From NCBI GenBank assembly GCA_039589315.1, contig JBDHHQ010000044.1, positions 1-34,045 on the forward strand: a stretch of DNA of 34,045 nucleotides, read 5' to 3'. The notes beneath the pieces are model-generated. The model did no database searches. It was not told where the DNA came from and saw only the letters and a list, made by a program, of their open reading frames with translations. Below are positions 9,908 through 17,429 of this stretch, piece by piece; within the stretch, counting starts at the first letter, position 1, and every line of letters starts with the position of its first letter. Origin of the DNA: Gemmatimonadota bacterium. Its GTDB lineage: Bacteria; Gemmatimonadota; Gemmatimonadetes; Longimicrobiales; Gaopeijiaceae. Made by a program: the position numbers and the translations under genes.

Positions 9908-10917
9908 CAGCGGGTGAGCGCATTTCCCTGGTTCAGGTCCGTGACCTGAAGAAGCACTTCCCGGTCCTCCGGGGGCTGTTGAGGCGACAGGCCGGCGCCG
10001 TGAAGGCGGTGGACGGAATCACCTTCGACATCTACGAAGGCGAGACCCTGGGGCTGGTGGGCGAAAGCGGATCAGGCAAGTCCACGACCGGTCGGGCGAT
10101 CCTCCAACTCGAGAAGCCGACGTCCGGCACCGTCCGCTTCGGCGGCGTGGACCTTACGGAGTTGGACCACGAGTCCCTGCGCCGGGCCCGGCGTCAGATG
10201 CAGATGATCTTCCAGGACCCCTATGCGTCGCTCAACCCCCGCATCACCGTCGGTAGCGCGATCCGGGAGCCGCTGGACATCCATCGCATCGGCTCGGTGA
10301 CGAGCCGGAAGGATCGCGTAACGGCGCTTCTCGACCTGGTGGGGCTGAGCCCGGACATCGTCGACCTCTACCCCCACGAGTTCTCCGGCGGTCAGCGGCA
10401 GCGCATCGGTATCGCCCGGGCGCTGGCCACGAACCCCCGCTTCGTCGTGGCCGACGAACCGATCTCCGCCCTGGACGTGTCGATACAGGCCCAGGTGGTG
10501 AACCTGTTGAGCGACCTGAAGGACGAGTTGGGCCTGACCTACCTGTTCATCGCCCACGACCTTGCCATGGTCCGGTACATCAGCGACCGGGTGGCGGTCA
10601 TGTACCTGGGCCGGTTCGTGGAGCTGAGCGGCCGGGAGGAGCTGTTCGGCCGCCCGCTTCATCCCTACACTCAGGCCTTGCTCTCGGCCATCCCGGTAGC
10701 CGATCCGGACGTGGAGGCCGGTCGGGAGCGGGTGCCGGTGGAGGGAGACGCACCCGACCCGGCAGATCCGCCGCCCGGGTGCTCGTTCCAAACTCGGTGT
10801 AGGTTCGCCACCGAGCTCTGCAGGTTGGAGGAGCCGATGTGGCGAGACCTGGGCCACGAAGAGGCGCCTCATTGGGTGGCGTGCCATCATGCCGAGGCAC
10901 TGGGCGAGCCCGCCTGA
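9904..10917 (+). CDS. Peptide ABC transporter ATP-binding protein (DppF/OppF-like)
   Basis: [64 protein letters not shown] overlap with the upstream gene. Confidence 0.96.
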   Translation: MTAGERISLVQVRDLKKHFPVLRGLLRRQAGAVKAVDGITFDIYEGETLGLVGESGSGKSTTGRAILQLEKPTSGTVRFGGVDLTELDHESLRRARRQMQMIFQDPYASLNPRITVGSAIREPLDIHRIGSVTSRKDRVTALLDLVGLSPDIVDLYPHEFSGGQRQRIGIARALATNPRFVVADEPISALDVSIQAQVVNLLSDLKDELGLTYLFIAHDLAMVRYISDRVAVMYLGRFVELSGREELFGRPLHPYTQALLSAIPVADPDVEAGRERVPVEGDAPDPADPPPGCSFQTRCRFATELCRLEEPMWRDLGHEEAPHWVACHHAEALGEPA

Positions 10918-10977
10918 GCCAGGAGACCATGCGCGGCCCCAGCGAGTGCGGGCGGGAGAGTCGACGGGGAGGACACG

Positions 10978-11736
10978 ATGGCAGGAGCGAGATACGACGG
11001 GCGCGTGGCGCTGGTGACGGGCGGGAGCCGAGGGATCGGCCGCGCCACGTGCCGGGCCCTCGCGGCGGAGGGCGGCACCGTCGTGCTCATGGCTCGGGAC
11101 CCGGAGCGCGGCGCCCAGGCCACGGGCGACCTGGCCAGGGCGTCCTTCGTCCGGGGCGACGTCCGCCGCGCCGGCGACTGCGCCCGGGCCGTGGAGGCGG
11201 CGACCGACGGCCAGGGCAGACTCGACCTGCTCGTGAACTCGGCCGGCATCATATATCGCAACCGGACAGTGGAGGAGCACTCCGACGAGGAGTGGGACGC
11301 CACGTTCGACACGAACGTGAAGGGCACCTTCCTCATGTGCCGGGCCGCCCTACCGGCCTTGAAGCGCAGCGGAGGAGCGATCGTCAACCTCTCCTCCTAT
11401 GTGGGCCTGGTGGGCTTCAAGGGCTCGGCCGCGTACGCCGCGTCCAAGGCGGCGGTCATCAACCTCACCCGCACGATGGCGCTGGACCACGCCGCCGACG
11501 GTGTGCGGGTGAACTGCGTATGTCCGGGAAGCGTCGACACCGAAATGATCCACGAGGCATGGCGACTGACTGGCGACGTCGAGGCCGCCGCCCGTGCGTG
11601 GGCAGAGAAGCACCCCCTCGGCCGCATCGCCACCGCGGAGGAGGTGGCTCACGCCATCCTCTTCCTCGGATCCGACGCGGCGAGCTTCATTACGGGGGTC
11701 GCGCTGCCCGTCGACGGCGGCATCACGGCCGGATAG
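10978..11736 (+). CDS. Short-chain dehydrogenase/reductase (classical SDR)
   Basis: TGGSRGIG, VNSAG, catalytic S...YAASK, VCPG, ITGVALPVDGG. GGAGG SD upstream. Confidence 0.95.
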   Translation: MAGARYDGRVALVTGGSRGIGRATCRALAAEGGTVVLMARDPERGAQATGDLARASFVRGDVRRAGDCARAVEAATDGQGRLDLLVNSAGIIYRNRTVEEHSDEEWDATFDTNVKGTFLMCRAALPALKRSGGAIVNLSSYVGLVGFKGSAAYAASKAAVINLTRTMALDHAADGVRVNCVCPGSVDTEMIHEAWRLTGDVEAAARAWAEKHPLGRIATAEEVAHAILFLGSDAASFITGVALPVDGGITAG

Positions 11737-11748
11737 CACACCAATCCG

Positions 11749-11778
11749 CGCCGGTGCTGACGGACTAGGGCACCGGCG
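11749..11778. other. Intercistronic GC hairpin (9-bp perfect stem)
   Basis: CGCCGGTGC (11749-11757) pairs with GCACCGGCG (11770-11778). No U-tract. Confidence 0.5.
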
Positions 11779-11823
11779 GGTCGGAACACCCTTGAGGCCC
11801 GTGCGGGTCACCGAGGAGACAGC

Positions 11824-13011
11824 ATGAGCGACCGTTTGCGCGTGGGCGTCGTCGGAGCAGGCCGCTGGTCCAACACGGCCCACCTGCCCGGGTGGCGGAG
11901 ATCACCCCTGTGCGAGCTGGTGGCGATCTGCGACCTGGACAAGGAGCTGGCCCAGAACCGGGCGGAGTGGTTCGACATCCCCGACGCGGTCACCGACGCG
12001 GAGGAGATCTTCTCACGTGAGGACATCGACGTGGTGGACGTCGTGACCCGAGGCGACCACCAGGACCTCGTGTTTCGGGCCCTGGAGGCGGGCAAGCACT
12101 GCCTCGTGGAGAAGCCGGTGTGCCACGACTACCGGGACGTCCGGCGGGCCAACGAGCTCGCCCGGTCCAAGGGGCTGAAGACCAAGGTGGGGCTGACGTT
12201 CCGCTATGCTCCGGCGGTCATGTACATGTTCGACCTGATCCGCCAAGGCTTCGTCGGCACGCCGTTCATCTTCAACGGCTACGAGCAGAACTCCCAATGG
12301 CTCGACCCCGACAACCCCATGGACAAGCGGATCCACAAGACGAAGCCTGCAGGAGAGCCAGCGTGGGGGACCGACCTGAGCCGGGAGGGCATCACGGTAT
12401 CCTCCCTCGAGGGCTACGGCGCGCCCACCATCGACATCGGTCTCGAGTGCATCGGCAGCGAGCTGACTCAGGTCGTAGGCGTCCTCGCCAACCTGGTCCC
12501 GCATCGCCGCAGGACCAACCTCGATACGGAGCGCGAGCGCATCAACGTCGACGACGCCGACATGTTCATGGGCGAGGCGGCCAACGGTGCCCTCTTCTCC
12601 ATGCAGTCGAGCTACGTGACGGTGGGCAACTACCCGGGCATCGAGGCTCGGATCTACGGCTCCGACGGAGCCATCATCGTGCGCCTCGTCGAGGAGTCGG
12701 GGGTCATCCAGACGATTCACACCGCCACCCCCGACGCAGTCGAGTTCGTCGAGCGGGAGATCCCGGACCACTACTTCCCTCCCGGATTCCGGCAGGGGGA
12801 TGCGTGGGGCACGGCCTTCTACGGCAATCTGGTGCACAGCTTCTGCCAGGAGATCGTGGACGGGAGCGAGGAAAACCAGGGGGACTTCGCCCAGAGCGCC
12901 CGTGTGCAGGAGGTCATCAACGCCGTCACGCTGTCCCATCGACAGCGACGTTGGGTCGATCTGCCCCTCGCGGATGGCGATCAGATCAACCCGCAGACGA
13001 TGCCGTGGTGA
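11824..13011 (+). CDS. Gfo/Idh/MocA family oxidoreductase (atypical active site)
   Basis: RVGVVGAG Rossmann fold, ALEAGKHCLVEKP, TFRY, IYGSDG. GAGGAG SD upstream. Confidence 0.93.
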   Translation: MSDRLRVGVVGAGRWSNTAHLPGWRRSPLCELVAICDLDKELAQNRAEWFDIPDAVTDAEEIFSREDIDVVDVVTRGDHQDLVFRALEAGKHCLVEKPVCHDYRDVRRANELARSKGLKTKVGLTFRYAPAVMYMFDLIRQGFVGTPFIFNGYEQNSQWLDPDNPMDKRIHKTKPAGEPAWGTDLSREGITVSSLEGYGAPTIDIGLECIGSELTQVVGVLANLVPHRRRTNLDTERERINVDDADMFMGEAANGALFSMQSSYVTVGNYPGIEARIYGSDGAIIVRLVEESGVIQTIHTATPDAVEFVEREIPDHYFPPGFRQGDAWGTAFYGNLVHSFCQEIVDGSEENQGDFAQSARVQEVINAVTLSHRQRRWVDLPLADGDQINPQTMPW

Positions 13012-13050
13012 CGCGCATTCTCATGAACGAGGTAATGGAGGAGCTTGGCG

Positions 13051-14055
13051 TTGGGTGATCGAATGCTGCGTTGGGGCGTGATCAGCACCGCGAACATCGG
13101 CCGGGCGGCTGTGAATCCCGCAATCCAGGCATCCTCGAACGGCGAGCTGGTCGCCGTGGCCAGCAGGGAGGGCGCTCGGGCCCGGGCATTCGCGGACCAG
13201 TGGGGAATCCCCAGATCATACGCAAGGTACGAAGCCCTCCTCGAAGACGACGGGATCGACGCCGTCTACATCCCGCTGCCCAACAGCCTGCACCGGGAGT
13301 GGACCATCCGAGCCGCCGAGGCGGGGAAGCACGTCCTGTGCGAGAAGCCCCTCGCCCTGAACGCCTCCGAATGCATGGAGATGGGCGCCGCAGCCAGGGA
13401 GCACGGGGTGCGGCTGATGGAGGCCTTCATGTACCGCTTCCACCCACGTACCGAGCGGGTCGTGGAGATGGTGCGATCCGGTGCACTCGGCAAGCTCGAG
13501 ATGATCCGAAGCGCATTCACGTTCAGGCTGAATCGGCCGGACAACATCCGTCTCGACCCGGACCTGGGTGGCGGCTCCCTCATGGACGTCGGGTGCTATT
13601 GCGTCAACGTGAGCCGGACCATCGCGGGCGCCGAGCCGGTTGAGGTCCAAGCGCTTTCCACAGCCGCCCCGAGTGGGGTCGATGCCCGGATGGTGGGGAC
13701 GCTCCACTTCGCCGACGGGCTGTTCGCCCAGTTCGACTCGGCGTTGACGATGGAGCGGCGGGAAGTCTATGAGGTGGCCGGAACGGACGCCTGGCTCCAC
13801 GTGCCTGCTTCATTCCTTCCCGGGAAGGATGACGTGTCGTTCTTCGAGCACAGGAGCGGCGGCGAGGTCGTGGAGCACGCGATCAAGGGCGCGGACGAGT
13901 ATCAGCTGATGGTGGAGCACTTCGCGGATTGTGTCCTGAGCGACCGCGAGCCTCGCTACTCGACGGACGAGGCGGCCGCCAGCATGCGCGTGATCGAGGC
14001 CCTGTACGAGTCGGCGCGGCGGCGAGGAGTGGCGGTGTCGGTGGCGTCAGCCTGA
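13051..14055 (+). CDS. Gfo/Idh/MocA family oxidoreductase (sugar/xylose dehydrogenase-like, DxxxY type)
   Basis: LRWGVISTANIG, IDAVYIPLPNSLH, AGKHVLCEKP, EAFMYRFHP, GGGSLMDVGCY. Start could be TTG 13045, TTG 13051 or ATG 13063; 13051 is best spaced from GGAGGAG. Confidence 0.95.
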   Translation: MGDRMLRWGVISTANIGRAAVNPAIQASSNGELVAVASREGARARAFADQWGIPRSYARYEALLEDDGIDAVYIPLPNSLHREWTIRAAEAGKHVLCEKPLALNASECMEMGAAAREHGVRLMEAFMYRFHPRTERVVEMVRSGALGKLEMIRSAFTFRLNRPDNIRLDPDLGGGSLMDVGCYCVNVSRTIAGAEPVEVQALSTAAPSGVDARMVGTLHFADGLFAQFDSALTMERREVYEVAGTDAWLHVPASFLPGKDDVSFFEHRSGGEVVEHAIKGADEYQLMVEHFADCVLSDREPRYSTDEAAASMRVIEALYESARRRGVAVSVASA

Positions 14056-14569
14056 GCGGGAGCGGGCAGCCGGGCCGATCCTCAGCTCCTCGCCGACGCG
14101 GCGTTCGCATTCGGTGCTACCACCTAGGCCATGGGCTAAGCCCAGACATCACGCTCCTGGCGCAGTGCGGAGCCCGCCGGCTGGTGGGGCGCCGCTGACC
14201 TCCCCGTCACGGCGCTCACCTACGGCACGCTCCCCCAGGTCGGGTCGCAGCGTAGCCGCAACACTTCACGTCACCTCACCCCTGCCCTGCGGAGCGACCT
14301 CGGTGGGGCCTGCGAGTTGCACCTCATATGGGGTGTTCGCGAGGTGCGATGGGGCGCTCACGCAGCACCCCCACCGCCCGATCCGAGCCGGACAGGGGAG
14401 GACAGGCCCTCGTAGCAATGACGACCAACGGAATCTCCGTCTGTTGCAGGCCTGACACGGTGCCTCGGAAGAGGCGCCGGACAGCCAGCCGGAAGGCGGA
14501 AAAGAGTTCTGGAGTCGGGAAATAACTGTTCGGCACCGGCCCTCTGCACCAGAAGGCAGGAGCCAACCC

Positions 14570-15865
14570 ATGAAGCGTTGGATCTACACCACGTTGACGC
14601 TCGCGACCTTTGGACTAGCCGGTTGCGAGGATGCCGTTCAGACGCCGACGGCGCCTGATCTCCAGGCCGCCTCGTCGGCCGCGTCTCACACCGTCGTCTC
14701 TCCCGAGCTCGCGCGTCAGATCGTGCCGTCGCGCGGCAATCTCCCTTACTACACGATCGCTGCGGCCGAAGAGGGTGGCGACGGCGCCGTCACGGAGTCC
14801 TGCATGACCCTGGACTTCGAGGGCATCCCTGACGTGACCGCAGTGGGCACGCTCGCCGGCACGGTGACGGCTGCGTTCGGGGCGTCGTGGTACGCCATCG
14901 TCGACATCGATGACGGCGGAAGTGGGGACTTCGCCAATGAGCCCTCATCCATGACCGCCGCGACCCAGATGGACCTCGGCGACGTCGATATCGTCCTGGA
15001 TCAGCCCGTCACGTCGGTGTCGCTGTCCTACTCTGCCAACCCGGAGACGCTTCCGCTCACGCTGTTGGGATTGGACGGGGGCGGTGCGACCGTGGCGTCC
15101 GCGGAGGGCAACACGGTAGGCTTCGACCTGTTCGGCGCGCTCTGCACCGGCGACCCGAACGGATCCTACTGCGCCTGGGGTGTCCTCGAGATCTCTACAG
15201 CCGAGCCGCTCATCGAGACGGTCAGGCTGACCGGTGTGGGATCGGCGATGCTGTTCAGCATCGATGACATGGTCCTGTGCGGAGCGGGTGCGAACGACCC
15301 GCCCGTCGAGGACAACGTGAGCATCGACGTCAAGCCCGGTAGCGACGAGAACCCGGTCAACCCGAGCGCGGAGGGCACGCTTCCCGTCGCCCTCCACGGC
15401 AGCGAGGAGCTGGACGTGTCGACCGTCGACCTGGAGTCCCTCACCCTGGGCGACGGGGCGGACGGAGACACGCCCGTGGCCCGGAACGGGGGCGACCGTC
15501 CCATGGCCCAGGTCGTGGAGCTGAACGGCGACGACTTCCCGGACCTCATGCTGCACTTCGACGTGGGCGAGATGGTTGAGAACGGCGACCTCACGTGGGA
15601 GACCACCGAGCTGGTTCTGATGGGCTCGCTGCTGCCGGAGGTGGTGGAAGAGGGAACCCAGTCCACCGGAGCCGCGGCCGTCGGCGAGGAAGGCAGCCAG
15701 AGCGAAGTCGTCGAAGTGCAGACCCTGCGCGGCACGGACTTCGTCCAGGTCGTCGGGGGAGGCGGCGAGGTCACCGGCGGCGACGTGGGGGAAACTGCCG
15801 AGACCGAGGAGCCGAGGGATCGCGGTCAAGGCCAGAAGCGGGGGCACGACAAGAGCGAGGGCTGA
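14570..15865 (+). CDS. Acidic secreted lipoprotein of unknown function (two-domain)
   Basis: Lipoprotein signal MKRWIYTTLTLATFGLAGC and AGGAG SD. Domain 1: LDFEG...DFANEPS...CTGDPNGSYCAW...IDD. Domain 2: IDVKPGSDENPVNP...LPVAL...LNGDDFPDLMLHF. Confidence 0.8.
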   Translation: MKRWIYTTLTLATFGLAGCEDAVQTPTAPDLQAASSAASHTVVSPELARQIVPSRGNLPYYTIAAAEEGGDGAVTESCMTLDFEGIPDVTAVGTLAGTVTAAFGASWYAIVDIDDGGSGDFANEPSSMTAATQMDLGDVDIVLDQPVTSVSLSYSANPETLPLTLLGLDGGGATVASAEGNTVGFDLFGALCTGDPNGSYCAWGVLEISTAEPLIETVRLTGVGSAMLFSIDDMVLCGAGANDPPVEDNVSIDVKPGSDENPVNPSAEGTLPVALHGSEELDVSTVDLESLTLGDGADGDTPVARNGGDRPMAQVVELNGDDFPDLMLHFDVGEMVENGDLTWETTELVLMGSLLPEVVEEGTQSTGAAAVGEEGSQSEVVEVQTLRGTDFVQVVGGGGEVTGGDVGETAETEEPRDRGQGQKRGHDKSEG

Positions 15866-15873
15866 AGCTCCAC

Positions 15874-15976
15874 CGGGGGGTCGATCCGAGCCTGCCTCGG
15901 ATCGGCCCCCCGTGCCCAGCAGTCCTGGGCACACCAATGGGAGACGCCGGAGGCCGTGAACACGGCCTCCGGCGTC
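15874..15976. terminator. Tandem strong hairpins between convergent genes (probable bidirectional terminator or stabiliser)
   Basis: Stems 15874-15890/15896-15912 (17 bp, one G-T), 15912-15919/15925-15932 (8 bp) and 15943-15958/15961-15976 (16 bp perfect). Confidence 0.55.
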
Positions 15977-16006
15977 GCGCCTTCAAGGGCGGGGCGGGTC
16001 CCAGCC

Positions 16007-17176
16007 TCACGCCTCGCCCAGACGCATCAGCGCCAGACGCGTCAGCATGGGGCCCACGAGCTCGAACACCACCGTGGACCCGATCATGACCGGCAGGATC
16101 GTGTCCGCGAGGTCCGGAAAGCGGTCGAGGACGACCAGCGCCATGCCAATGGCTACACCCGCCTGGGGCAGGAGCGCCGGCCCCATCCATCGGCCCCAGC
16201 CGGCCGGCGCACCACTCATCCGCCCGGCAAGCCAGGAGCTAGTCAGCCGCCCCACCGTCCGGAGCAGCATGTAGGCCGGTCCCAGCAGGCCCACCGCCAC
16301 CAGTGACTCCAGACGCAGGGAGGCCCCGGCCAGCAGGAAGAACAGGATCATGAACGGTCCTTCCACGCCCTCGATCTCGTGGAACGGCCGCTCATGGTGC
16401 TTTGCCATGTTGGCCACGACGGCCCCCATCACGATTCCGGTCAGCAGAAACGAGACCTCGAGCCAGAGGGCCAGACCGAGGCTCAGAAACAAGAAGCCGA
16501 GTCCTTCCACCAGGGCCGGCCGGCCCGGGCGGATCCGTCCGGTCAGCATCGCCATGGGCAACCCGGCCGCGACGCCGAGCAGCACCGCGCCCAACAGCTC
16601 CCAGGCTCCCACCGCCAGGACATCGCCCGTGCTGCCCGCGGCCAGGGCTCCGGCGCCGGCGAGGAGCACGCCGAACACGACCAGGCCCCAGGCGTCGTCC
16701 ACCGCGACCACGCCGAGGAGCGTCTCGGTAAACGGGCCGCCGGCCTCCGACTCGTCCACGACGTCGGCAACGGCTGCGGGGTCCGTGGCTGTGGACATGC
16801 CCGCGAACAGGAGGGCGGTCGCGACCGGGACGCCGATGGCCACCAGACCCAGCGCCATCACCGCGACGGCACCCAGCACGACGGTGACGGAGAAGTACAG
16901 GACGTACCTGCCGTTCCGGGCGAGTTTCGCCCGGGTCAGATGAACTCCCAGCAGAAAGCCCACCATCGTGAGCGCGATGGCGCCGATGGGTGCGAACCAC
17001 TCCTGGACGACGACCGGGAGCAGGTCCAGACCACTCGGTCCGATCACCAGGCCCGCGACGATGAGGAGGGTGACACGGGGGAGAGGGGTGCGGCGCCCCA
17101 GCAGATCCGCCAGGAGGCCCAGGAGGAACAGGGCACCCAGGCTCAAGAAGACCGTGATCAGCTCTTCTGAGGACAT
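16007..17176 (-). CDS. Cation:proton antiporter (Na+/H+ exchanger, CPA superfamily)
   Basis: Multi-TM protein with LPRVT, GPSGLDL, ATDPAA, VAVDDAWG, FFLLAGASL, LLPQAGVAIG, FELVGP. Start chosen at ATG 17176; the ORF-track extension to 17554 overlaps the divergent gene. Confidence 0.93.
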   Translation of the reverse strand: MSSEELITVFLSLGALFLLGLLADLLGRRTPLPRVTLLIVAGLVIGPSGLDLLPVVVQEWFAPIGAIALTMVGFLLGVHLTRAKLARNGRYVLYFSVTVVLGAVAVMALGLVAIGVPVATALLFAGMSTATDPAAVADVVDESEAGGPFTETLLGVVAVDDAWGLVVFGVLLAGAGALAAGSTGDVLAVGAWELLGAVLLGVAAGLPMAMLTGRIRPGRPALVEGLGFLFLSLGLALWLEVSFLLTGIVMGAVVANMAKHHERPFHEIEGVEGPFMILFFLLAGASLRLESLVAVGLLGPAYMLLRTVGRLTSSWLAGRMSGAPAGWGRWMGPALLPQAGVAIGMALVVLDRFPDLADTILPVMIGSTVVFELVGPMLTRLALMRLGEA

Positions 17177-17429
17177 CCGTCTCCGCCACCGAGCCGCACG
17201 GCCCGCCGGCTCGAGGTCGTTGGTGAGGGCCGGATCGTATCCCACCGGATCGGCTGCGGCCGCGGGAACGTAGGGAGACCCATCGGGGGCTGCCAGGCCA
17301 CGGAGCCCCCGACCCGGCTCCCGAACTCGCGCCGAGTGCTCTATGTTGGCCGCGGTTCCCCGTAGACCGGCGCCCTCGGCTGCGTGCCGATGCCGGCCTT
17401 CCCAGTGACAGATGTACGAGGTGGCCGAT

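Noticed and set aside
10839..11768. Alternative-frame ORF over the SDR, with AGGAG-ATG at 10929
   Set aside because: Arg/Gly/Pro-rich off-frame translation with no motifs. The SDR frame has its own SD and full motifs.
14380..14530. Partial resemblance to SAM-I (ATC.GAG...GGCCC...GCAA) and cobalamin (GCCA...GGAAGG...AGTC.G) riboswitch fragments
   Set aside because: Core elements and spacing cannot be completed, and the downstream gene is unrelated to those pathways. Kept only as an unassigned structured-RNA candidate.
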